Of a DNA stretch of 64,000 nucleotides, positions 56,301-64,000 are shown in pieces; positions within the stretch are counted from its first letter, which is position 1; each line of letters opens with the position of its first letter. A program made the position numbers and the translations under genes. The notes below the pieces were generated by a model. The model did no database searches. It was not told the DNA's origin and worked only from the letters and a program-made list of their open reading frames with translations. Location: the IMG/VR virus record IMGVR_UViG_3300044974_000700, positions 21,554 through 85,553 of that record. One strand, written 5' to 3'. Source of the stretch: a virus.

Positions 56301-57168
56301 AGGTAGTATTTGGTTCTAGTAGTGGGCTAGAAAGATTATAAATTGTAGTGCCTACTGGAATTGTTTGAGAAAGTATTAGAGTTTCTTCAAACTCATCATA
56401 AACATTTATTTTTTGAGAAAAAATATCTAGCGAATCGTTTACGGTATTCCCTGGAGCAATTGCTGCATATGTCCACAAAAAGCTGGCACCATCTGAAACT
56501 TCGTCATAAACAGAAAAATCTGCCGTATAAAAATCCATTCTAGGCATTAAAGGATCTGTATAAAATGAATTTTCTAATGCAGTTCCAGTATCTGGATCTA
56601 TTCCTGCTTTAACATTTACTATTAATCTAAACTTATATCCTTCTCTTGTTTGTGCCTTAGATATTGTTGGTCTTTGAGAACTATTTGAATTAGAAGGAAA
56701 TCTATCATAAGAATCTGTTTCTAAATATTCTGTATAAGTTTTTGTGTAATCAAATAATGTTGACCAGTCGCTCAAAGGATCTTTTCCTTGAATTCTAATT
56801 CTAAATTCTGTAGGATCCTCTGTCCAAGAACCTCTGGTTCCAAACATTTTTGATCCATTTATTGGAGCGTCTATAGTTTCAAATCCATCTGGCCAAACAA
56901 AATATAAATCTGGATATGGGATTTGTGGAGTAGGTAAATCCGATCCAGCAAATATTTTAACCCAAGTATAAAGTCCAGAAACTATTGAATTTAATCTCCA
57001 AGCACTTTTAATTTTTAGCCAGCCGTCTACTACCCATGGATTTTGACTTGCCTCTGAGTTAGCTGCATCTTGCTCTGATGTTTTTCTCCAAATGCTTTTT
57101 ATTTGAACCCAATCATCAATGTTATGTGCGCCAGTATCAGTCGGGCTAGTTTTTCTCCACCAACTCAT
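53374..57168 (-). CDS. tail fibre/adhesin with InlB B-type (Listeria-Bacteroides) repeats, two Cys modules and (PFFP)n tracts
   Basis: repeated Y.IT.N.NGG...R.GY.F.GW...YA.W units; C-terminal PPFF repeats. Confidence 0.8.
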   Translation of the reverse strand: MSWWRKTSPTDTGAHNIDDWVQIKSIWRKTSEQDAANSEASQNPWVVDGWLKIKSAWRLNSIVSGLYTWVKIFAGSDLPTPQIPYPDLYFVWPDGFETIDAPINGSKMFGTRGSWTEDPTEFRIRIQGKDPLSDWSTLFDYTKTYTEYLETDSYDRFPSNSNSSQRPTISKAQTREGYKFRLIVNVKAGIDPDTGTALENSFYTDPLMPRMDFYTADFSVYDEVSDGASFLWTYAAIAPGNTVNDSLDIFSQKINVYDEFEETLILSQTIPVGTTIYNLSSPLLEPNTTYVVELEVIGKDGHSETAEPTYDYAYVDLITIVDEPENLTPPTLELQDGEENKTGSTYRLSSGTWTNDPTEYRYQIELNDQQGTVLAYYPSGNSYTSDLYFDYTFINPTTSSVSGAVVAYNGADSFPAYSNTIGPITQLQYTITYEELGGTLVSDDIVDAGDTVYLPTTSRTGYIFNGWYTEPLGAGTYVGGGGPTPTPYTPEDNIILYADWTGIEYTVTWNRNDGTSDFTSDTVVSGTTIYAPTPSSREHYDFTKWRNPQTGGDPIFLNAGDSWLVTYSFQFYAQWVAKTYTVNFNYGTGTGSPASRSVQYPGSVTLPTPDSSPDYIFNGWYTGENGTGTFVGGSGPTPTQYYPTSNITLYASYTIKQRTITWNANGGTGGGTTGPFNAGTAHTAPSPGTRTGYNFLHWKDSVSGEFSYQVSDGGSFTPPFDGITFYARWLIKQYTITYNGNGGSPSRSSDIVNAGSSITLPTASRSGYNLNGWYTASSGGTFLGNPGTNYTINGNATIYAQWSQITYTVTWNANGGTVSPTSSTGILGDVVTAPTPTRSGYTFVYWRNPATGDMLYNINAGSSWTINGSLTFTAVWQAAQYTITYEEQGGSAVSNATGTAGTVIQLPSTSRSGYNLNGWYTASSGGTFLGNPGTNYTINGNATIYAQWSTVQYTINWNANGGSGGGTTGPFNSGISHTAPSPGVRSGYTFLYWRDTPDIDHTYQVSDGGSFTPTSNITFYARWSQQTFTYYVGTSTCNVLSGCYSTSPTASGPFQGTGSMPADTLEGASTARIKTVYRSTYADALSAAANASCIVCAPTPFFPPFFPPFFPPFFPPFFPPFFPPFFPSFVVTTTYYIGSSTCNVLSGCYSSAPSADGPYSTTGSMPADTLTGTSNARVKTVYRSTYSDALSAAANASCVVCSGPFFPPFFPPFFPPFFPFFPPFFPFFPPFFPFFPPFFPPFFPPFFPPFFPPFFPGFGGQTFY
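53401..53560. repeat. 12/9-bp tandem repeat encoding PPFF/PFF
   Basis: GGGAAGAA(C/T)GGT and GGGAAGAAT units. Confidence 0.9.
53788..53871. repeat. 12-bp tandem repeat encoding PPFF
   Basis: about seven GGGAAGAACGGT units. Confidence 0.9.
54322..54876. repeat. identical 117-bp direct repeat (54322-54438, 54760-54876)
   Basis: identical by eye, within B-repeats. Confidence 0.85.
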
Positions 57169-57169
57169 A

Positions 57170-60100
57170 TTAGGCCTTTCTACTTAACCATACATCTCCA
57201 ACGACAAAGGGTCTTCCGCCTTGCGCTGTACTTCTTGAGGTTGCACCATTAGGATAATTATTGCCGCCGTAATAAAATGCTCTTCCTGTAGTCAGATAAC
57301 CGTTAGCATCTTGTACTAAAGTTGAATCTCCGAATGTTCCGTCTTCGTTACTTGTAACGTTTAATCTAATTTTAAAATTGCTAAAAGTTTTACCAGTGGG
57401 GTTTATTTCAAAAACATCTGTAGAAGAGTTGTAAACAATATCCCCGCCACCCAAGCTAAAACTACCAGCATTTTTAGTTACATTTCCTATTGTAGCATTT
57501 GCTCCTAATAAATAGTCGCCATCAAATGTTTTTGTAGCGCCAAGAAATACATTTGATGCAACTAAATCTGTTTTAACCTTAAAATCATTTCCATCGTATG
57601 TTAAATTACCATCTGCTAATCTAAAATTACCTGTTGATGAAATATAATCTACCCCTCCAGGATTTCCACTTCCACTGCCTGGGTTAGCAGTATACCAATC
57701 ATCTGGGTCCATAAAAAATACATTTGATCCAACAATATTTCCACCAGCAATTGTGCCCTGCAGCCCATCTAATTTTACTTTAACGTCACTAAATGCGCTT
57801 GAAAATGATTGAAGGAATTTTCCATTAATTTTCCAACCATCTGTTATTGTTTTAGTTGTTGCATTATATGTTCCAAAATATCCTTCTCTTGCTTCAATAG
57901 AACCTTTTATTGTTGCTTCATTTGCAGTTAATGCTCCTGAATATGTTACTGAAAAATTAGGACCTGGATTTCCAAGCCTGGATGTTCCTGCCCAAATCAT
58001 TATATCGTTTGCCTGTGGATTATCTGGAGCATATAATCCAACATTACCTGATTTATTTATTGAATTGCTATCTATGGTCCAACCAGCAATCGTTCCTTTA
58101 TTTGCAATAATTCCATTTACTGGATCTAGCTGGACATATTTTTGATTTGAGCCTGTTATTTGAATTCCTGAAAATCCAATTTGTGGGTTTTTAATATCAC
58201 CACTTGTGTATTTTCCTATTTCTACCTTAGAGCCTTCTCCTGAATTAATTAACATTTGTCCGTTATATGCTATGCCATTTATTGTTCCGCCTATTTCAAC
58301 ATTTCCAATAATTCCAGAAGCAGCTTTTATCTCTCCAGATAAATCTACTTCTTTTGCAATTATTTTTCCTTCAGTATCAATTGTAACATTGCTACCAATT
58401 TGTAGTTCGCCGCCGAGAATTTTTATATTACGAGCTATTACGTTACCAGAATGTGTAACAGAAAATTTAGCGTCGTCATTTATATCTAAAGAATATCCAC
58501 CAGCTGCACCTGCGCCTGCCCAAAAGGCATAAGTTCCATTAGGAGATATTCCAGTATAAGTTTTTGTTGATGATGTTAAAACATTTTCAAATTTATTTTC
58601 TGATATTATCCAGTTAGCAATTTTAGCTTTTTTAGTAATAAATGTAGCTGGAGCAAGTGAATTTTGACTATCCCATTTTCCAATGATTTGTGTTGTTGGG
58701 CCTATTCCATTTTCATCATTATCATCATATAAAAATAATCCTCTTTTATTTATAACCATTCTTGCTTGAGCTAATACTGGTTCGTCATTTGCATCAAGTG
58801 TTCCAGCAAATATGGAACCATCTGTTTTTATTTTAACTGGATTTTCAATTAATGATAATGCGCCAACATCTAATATCTCGACTTCTTGTGAAGCAGACAT
58901 CTCTGCATCTCCATCTTCACATGTCCATTTAGCTTTTACCCAAACAGAATTTCCAGCGTTGTCCTCGTCATAAACAATAACTGGACTAGATATTGATGAA
59001 GCAACTAGTGTGTATGTGCCGTTTTGTAAACTACTTTGATAAACATCAATGCCTGTAGCTTTAGGATGAAAGTTAGAAGAAACAATATATCCGTTTGCAG
59101 TAGAAGAAACATTTATTGTTGTTAATATTCCACTTAATGGGTTTGGCCTTACGGCAGTTGCAAGATTAGCAATATTTACTTGGGTAGTATTTTCATTTCT
59201 ATATATGTCTAGATCTGTTACGTATCCTGAAGTAAATGAAGTTGGATTTGCCCCAAAGCCATCTATTATTTCATTTCTTGTTATTTTTACAGACGTAAGT
59301 GCATTTGCTGTTGTAGAATTGACTGTCTTTTCAAAATATTCTGTTTCGCCATTGTAAGTTAAATGTACCTTAACATAAGAAGGAAGTTTTTTAGAATCTG
59401 CTGGCATAGTAAACGAAACAATTAAATCTCTATTTAAATCCCAGGCAGCAGATGGATTTATAACTGGATCTGGTGGAGTATTGTCAAATTCTATAGTATC
59501 AAATGCTTTACCTGTTTTAACGGAAGAATCTAAAGACAAACAATTACTATCTGATAAATGATTTAATTTTACATAAACATCAGCAAATGTATCTAAGGTT
59601 ATAGACGCTGGTCCAAATCCAGTGTATCTGAGCACCCAATTATATGGACTATTTGTTTCAGAAACATAAACTCTTGTTTCTCTGTATGTAGCTGCTTTTG
59701 TTAAATCGTCATTCCATGAAACTAAAATTCCACTATCTATCGATATTACAGACCATTTATTGTCAGCAATTGAGCCTGTACAAACTGGATCAACATATGT
59801 TGGAATAGTAAATAAGCAATCGTCTGAAGACCCATCTCCATATATACTTGTTATTTTTCCAACAATAGTTCCTTGAAATGCCCCTCCAAAATTTGCCATG
59901 TTATTTTGTTGAGAAAGGGTATAAGAATAATTGTTAACATCAGACTTTACTGCAATAGGAATAAATATATCTAAACCGTTTGCAGTTAAAGTAAGTTGAA
60001 ATAGCTTTATTCTATTATCTCTAGTTATTCCGTCTGTTAAAAATGGCTTTTCCCAAACAACCTTTAAGTCTGCCGTAGATTGATCCCAAGTAGCTTCAAC

Positions 60101-60316
60101 ATTTATTGGACATGTTCTTACTGGAGCTGGAGTTGTAAATTCAAAAAAGTCAGAATAAGGACTATTACCCTTAGCTTTATCAGAATACACCCATGCAAAT
60201 TGAACTGCATAATCTGTATTAGCATCAAGATCTGGAACTACAATATCCCAGTAGTCTCCGTCTTGCTTTTGCGTAATACCTAAATCTGCATATGGCTCTG
60301 CCATGTCAATCTCCAA
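57170..60316 (-). CDS. minor tail protein
   Basis: FN3-like N-terminus, G.I.GW.I beta repeats, C-terminal GDVW. Confidence 0.7.
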   Translation of the reverse strand: MEIDMAEPYADLGITQKQDGDYWDIVVPDLDANTDYAVQFAWVYSDKAKGNSPYSDFFEFTTPAPVRTCPINVEATWDQSTADLKVVWEKPFLTDGITRDNRIKLFQLTLTANGLDIFIPIAVKSDVNNYSYTLSQQNNMANFGGAFQGTIVGKITSIYGDGSSDDCLFTIPTYVDPVCTGSIADNKWSVISIDSGILVSWNDDLTKAATYRETRVYVSETNSPYNWVLRYTGFGPASITLDTFADVYVKLNHLSDSNCLSLDSSVKTGKAFDTIEFDNTPPDPVINPSAAWDLNRDLIVSFTMPADSKKLPSYVKVHLTYNGETEYFEKTVNSTTANALTSVKITRNEIIDGFGANPTSFTSGYVTDLDIYRNENTTQVNIANLATAVRPNPLSGILTTINVSSTANGYIVSSNFHPKATGIDVYQSSLQNGTYTLVASSISSPVIVYDEDNAGNSVWVKAKWTCEDGDAEMSASQEVEILDVGALSLIENPVKIKTDGSIFAGTLDANDEPVLAQARMVINKRGLFLYDDNDENGIGPTTQIIGKWDSQNSLAPATFITKKAKIANWIISENKFENVLTSSTKTYTGISPNGTYAFWAGAGAAGGYSLDINDDAKFSVTHSGNVIARNIKILGGELQIGSNVTIDTEGKIIAKEVDLSGEIKAASGIIGNVEIGGTINGIAYNGQMLINSGEGSKVEIGKYTSGDIKNPQIGFSGIQITGSNQKYVQLDPVNGIIANKGTIAGWTIDSNSINKSGNVGLYAPDNPQANDIMIWAGTSRLGNPGPNFSVTYSGALTANEATIKGSIEAREGYFGTYNATTKTITDGWKINGKFLQSFSSAFSDVKVKLDGLQGTIAGGNIVGSNVFFMDPDDWYTANPGSGSGNPGGVDYISSTGNFRLADGNLTYDGNDFKVKTDLVASNVFLGATKTFDGDYLLGANATIGNVTKNAGSFSLGGGDIVYNSSTDVFEINPTGKTFSNFKIRLNVTSNEDGTFGDSTLVQDANGYLTTGRAFYYGGNNYPNGATSRSTAQGGRPFVVGDVWLSRKA

Positions 60317-61166
60317 ATGCTACATCTAGCTTAAACTCTATGAACATCTCTCTTCCAAAAACTTTTTCAATTTCTGAATCTAGAATGGACCTAGCTATTA
60401 ATCCATAAGAGGGGTCAAACGTATCTTCATCGTTTATTCTTAATCCGTCTAAAGAAACGGAAGATTGGCTTTCGCTTGGAACAACAGTAATTCCTAAAGT
60501 ATTTATATTAGCCTTATCTGGTGAGCCAAAAGTTGTCATTTCAGATAAATTAATACTCTGTATATGATATCCCTGTGAATTATCATCAAATATAAATTCA
60601 AAATAATCAGATGATGTGCTGTAAAATCTTACTTTTATTGAATTAAGGTTTGAATCATTAACCTTATAGGATAAAGATAAACTATCTAAGTTGCTATATC
60701 CTACTAAATCAAATCCACTTATTGTAGATTTATACTCTTTTGAAGAAGCGCCATTAGAAATAAAAGTCAAAGAACTGTCTCCAACTCTATAATTAGTTTG
60801 ATCTAAATTTGGTGTATCTGACCAATCATAAGGTAATTCAAAATCTGATATGAATCTGCTATCGTAGTTATTCTTTGAAGTTCTATTACTTGGATATATT
60901 CCCAACTCATTAATTTTTCCTGACATATTTGGTGGCAATGTAGCAGAAAATATTGCTGTATATTTTGCTGGAGATACAGAAGTGTCAATATCTATACCGC
61001 CAAATTTAATTGGTAATCTATAAAATTCAAAACCAAGCCTGCTATTAGATGTGCTCAAAGGGTACTCAATACTATTTGCTATTCCAATGGCAAGATCTTT
61101 ATTTGCAAAAGATACATTACCAGCTACAAAATCTGTTAAAAATCTTTTTCCAAATTTTGTTATCAT
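60306..61166 (-). CDS. minor tail/baseplate protein
   Basis: MITKFGKRFL, LGFEFYR.P, I.E.G.Y; structural context. Confidence 0.65.
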   Translation of the reverse strand: MITKFGKRFLTDFVAGNVSFANKDLAIGIANSIEYPLSTSNSRLGFEFYRLPIKFGGIDIDTSVSPAKYTAIFSATLPPNMSGKINELGIYPSNRTSKNNYDSRFISDFELPYDWSDTPNLDQTNYRVGDSSLTFISNGASSKEYKSTISGFDLVGYSNLDSLSLSYKVNDSNLNSIKVRFYSTSSDYFEFIFDDNSQGYHIQSINLSEMTTFGSPDKANINTLGITVVPSESQSSVSLDGLRINDEDTFDPSYGLIARSILDSEIEKVFGREMFIEFKLDVAFGD

Positions 61167-61519
61167 GATCTTCCTCCTTGCGTATCAGATAGTGTTAGAG
61201 CCACATCAAATTTATCAATTGATTCTCCACTAGAGTTATAGACTCTAAACTTAGCTTTAAACCTAGTTAATCCAGATACATCTTCGTATGACTCAAAACC
61301 TATTAAAGTTATATCCGTTAAAGATGGGCGTTTACCAGTTGGAGGCTCTTCTCCGCCTCCGCCAGTTCCTCCACCTCCAGAAGCACCTCTTCCAGCTCCA
61401 GTAAAAGCCCCTGAGCGGATAAATCCTCCGCCTTGCGGTTTTACTTTCCAGGGTTCCGCTAGCTCTACCTCATCTGTTACTATGGGTCGCTTTCCTGGAA
61501 TTTGTGGGTTAGATGCCAT
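61163..61519 (-). CDS. hypothetical tail-region protein, leaderless
   Basis: TGGTATAAT-N6-ATG (MASNPQ). Confidence 0.6.
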   Translation of the reverse strand: MASNPQIPGKRPIVTDEVELAEPWKVKPQGGGFIRSGAFTGAGRGASGGGGTGGGGEEPPTGKRPSLTDITLIGFESYEDVSGLTRFKAKFRVYNSSGESIDKFDVALTLSDTQGGRS

Positions 61520-61542
61520 ATTTTTATTATACCATTTAGAAA

Positions 61543-63999
61543 TCAAATAGCCCTACAGCTAATTGACGTACTAAATCCCTCCTGATAAGTATGGTTTACT
61601 TTAGTTATAATATATTTACCATTTTGTTTTGTCATAGACTGTAGCGGATAATTAATTGTTATAATATCGCCAGGAGATAGCAATGGGTTTCCAAAGATTT
61701 CCATATCTATGAATCTACCCTTATTAAGTATTGTAGATTTAATCCAATCGGCTAATTTTTTTGCATCTGATTCAAATTGAATCCAATTTGATTGAAAAAT
61801 TATAGGCTCTTTATTGTCAGACTCAGATACGTTAGATATGTCATAAGTATAATATTCAAGCGGACTTGATTTCTGTATAGAGTCTCCTAGCACATAAAAA
61901 CTAGAGTAGTTTGCGTCATCTAAGGGTATGAATGTTGATGTATTATTTAATACATACGCTTCACCCGTGAAAGGTTGAACTCTATAGTCTAACATTGTTG
62001 CATATCTATTATTTGCAGTAGAAAAACGAATTGGCTTTCCTGGCCTATCCGTATATCTTACTTTTGCTTTTTTTATTTCTCTTGCAACAGAACCAAATTC
62101 AAATAAAGCTCCATTAGTAGATTTTGAAGTTTCTCCTAAATTATATATTAAATTTCCATACATTAAAGAAATTGTGTCGTCAGAATAAACTCCATTATAA
62201 ATGTATGACATTTTATTAACAAGATTTTTATATTCAGATTCTTCTATATTTTTTGCATAAGCATATTCAAAATAAACTATTCCTTGTCCACAAAGCAATC
62301 CTAAATTTTTTGTAGGAGCATTTGGAAATATGTCGTTTTCTCCACTTTCAAATGTAACATCATATGCTGTTATCTTATATCCATTAATAAATATAGTTAT
62401 AGTATTTTTTCCTGTTTCTTTTTTTAATAACACATCAACGCTATATGATTGTCCAGCATATATTCCAGCTAGTGTATTAAGGTGACTTGTTTGGCTATCC
62501 TTTAAAACTTTTACTTTGTAGTTTGATCCTACCTTATATCTTTTTACAATTATAATATCTTTTGCCATACCTGCTGCCGCTGTAGATCTAATTATCAAAT
62601 GATAAGATTCTGTTCCATTTGAATTTGAAAAAAATGAAATTCCTGCTATTTGTGCGGGGCTTTCAAATTGACTATCAAAAAACATTTTGGTTCCGAAAGA
62701 AAAATAAGATTTAGTCGTATCTACAGAATCAAAAGATCTTACAGCAATATCAAAAGTAGTTTTATTTTGGTCCAGGTTGCTAAGGCTTAAAAATGATTTT
62801 TGTATAGAAGCAGATGTTCTGTTTGCTGGAGGCTTATATGTGCCAGTCCCTGGTTTTTCTTGTGCATCAGCAGATGTAGCAATATTTAAAGTATATCTAT
62901 TAAATTTATTTGGATCAGATTCTCCAGATGCATTTATAAAAGATACTGGGCTTGCTGGATGAGTTGCCTTTTTAGTGTTCAAAGCTTCTCTGTTTTTAAT
63001 TTTATATCTACCCGTTGGTCTAAAATGTGCTGAGTTTGGATCGTATATGCTTGAGTACCCTGCTTTAGACAAAGACCTATATTTATAAATATCAGACTGT
63101 GACTTAATATCAACTGGTATTGGACTGCCGCCTTCTAATGGGGTGTACTGATATTCAACTCCATCGTATTCAATAATTTCATTATTAAGTAAAACATATC
63201 CGTTAAAATTATATAATGCTTGTTGATTTTGTGCCGTATCTATGCTTGTATTATTAAGCTTAAAATAACTAGTGTCGTTTTCATTTAACTGTTCCGCTAG
63301 TGTGCCCGCCCCCAAGTATGTCTCTTCTGATTGCCATAATGGTGAAGATCCTCCATCATACTGTGATGTAAATGGAACTTGATATAATATTTTAACTTCA
63401 TTTCCAGCTGCAGATTCTCTTGAATTTAAATTTACAATATTTGGCAACAAAGTTTTAGAACCCTCTATTACTGATTCACTGGTTAAATCCCAAGAGGCAT
63501 CTTTTAGATTATCATATATATAATCTCTACTGTAAAAGTTAAGCATATTGTTTTCATCGACAAAAGCATTCATTTGAATATCTCTGCATAGCTCTTGTAA
63601 ACATTCCCATACTGTTTTTTCCTGGTCTGACCACCAATATCTTACAGATGGAATTGATTCATCTATGATCTTATCGTCTTCATCTTTTTTAACATATATA
63701 TAATAATTTGAAAATCCTGACGCATCTAGCAATCTTTTAATTACAGAAGTTATAGGAGCATCTTCTATTAAAATTTCTGGAGAGAGTGTTTCTTGTAAAA
63801 CTTTTGCGGCATCAAGAGCCACAATTTGTGCGCTACCAAATTCTGAAATATCCCATGAGTGCATATAAAATGTTCCCTGATATATCTTATTGTCAGTATT
63901 TTCATCTTTAATATTTACATATGGATAAATTATGGCATTTTTATATAAATATATTTTATTATTATCTATTTCAGAATCTCTATTGTATTCAAATATATT
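61543..63999 (-). CDS. large minor tail protein (5' truncated by window edge)
   Basis: frame open to window end; GNP.L..GD.I tail-hub motif at C-terminus. Confidence 0.7.
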   Translation of the reverse strand, partial: NIFEYNRDSEIDNNKIYLYKNAIIYPYVNIKDENTDNKIYQGTFYMHSWDISEFGSAQIVALDAAKVLQETLSPEILIEDAPITSVIKRLLDASGFSNYYIYVKKDEDDKIIDESIPSVRYWWSDQEKTVWECLQELCRDIQMNAFVDENNMLNFYSRDYIYDNLKDASWDLTSESVIEGSKTLLPNIVNLNSRESAAGNEVKILYQVPFTSQYDGGSSPLWQSEETYLGAGTLAEQLNENDTSYFKLNNTSIDTAQNQQALYNFNGYVLLNNEIIEYDGVEYQYTPLEGGSPIPVDIKSQSDIYKYRSLSKAGYSSIYDPNSAHFRPTGRYKIKNREALNTKKATHPASPVSFINASGESDPNKFNRYTLNIATSADAQEKPGTGTYKPPANRTSASIQKSFLSLSNLDQNKTTFDIAVRSFDSVDTTKSYFSFGTKMFFDSQFESPAQIAGISFFSNSNGTESYHLIIRSTAAAGMAKDIIIVKRYKVGSNYKVKVLKDSQTSHLNTLAGIYAGQSYSVDVLLKKETGKNTITIFINGYKITAYDVTFESGENDIFPNAPTKNLGLLCGQGIVYFEYAYAKNIEESEYKNLVNKMSYIYNGVYSDDTISLMYGNLIYNLGETSKSTNGALFEFGSVAREIKKAKVRYTDRPGKPIRFSTANNRYATMLDYRVQPFTGEAYVLNNTSTFIPLDDANYSSFYVLGDSIQKSSPLEYYTYDISNVSESDNKEPIIFQSNWIQFESDAKKLADWIKSTILNKGRFIDMEIFGNPLLSPGDIITINYPLQSMTKQNGKYIITKVNHTYQEGFSTSISCRAI

Positions 64000-64000
64000 T

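Noticed and set aside
1-64000. Genome-wide TAG recoding
   Set aside because: Only one internal TAG was found; conserved genes such as trxA, ahpD and the FmdB-like gene end at TAG at natural C-termini, and large genes are unbroken.

Overview
A 64-kb segment of a large, AT-rich tailed dsDNA phage whose host is most likely an Actinobacterium (WhiB, an Lsr2-like domain, AhpC/AhpD, DnaE-type polymerase, many apparently leaderless genes). Bases 1-7150 are a + strand early/host-takeover region of short genes arranged in repeated terminator-motif-promoter-GAAAGGA cassettes. It includes a candidate ~120-nt sRNA carrying an anti-Shine-Dalgarno sequence complementary to those ribosome-binding sites. A non-coding repeat-rich junction (7150-7620) separates it from a long minus-strand block. 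That block holds an accessory island (about eight 2OG-Fe(II)/cupin oxygenase domains across the window, a sulfotransferase, an LLM oxidoreductase, SpeD, micro-ORFs), secreted/surface proteins, WhiB, a CHAP endolysin with membrane proteins, Hsp20, a carbamoyltransferase interrupted by one in-frame TAG, two SGNH-like proteins, 7 tRNAs with ahpC/ahpD, terminase, an APS kinase fusion, recombination and replication genes (RuvC, Cas4-like, SSBs, RecA, DnaE, DnaG, DnaB) and tail genes. One tail fibre carries B-repeats and (PFFP)n tracts. All family assignments come from recognising motifs by eye; no database searches were run.
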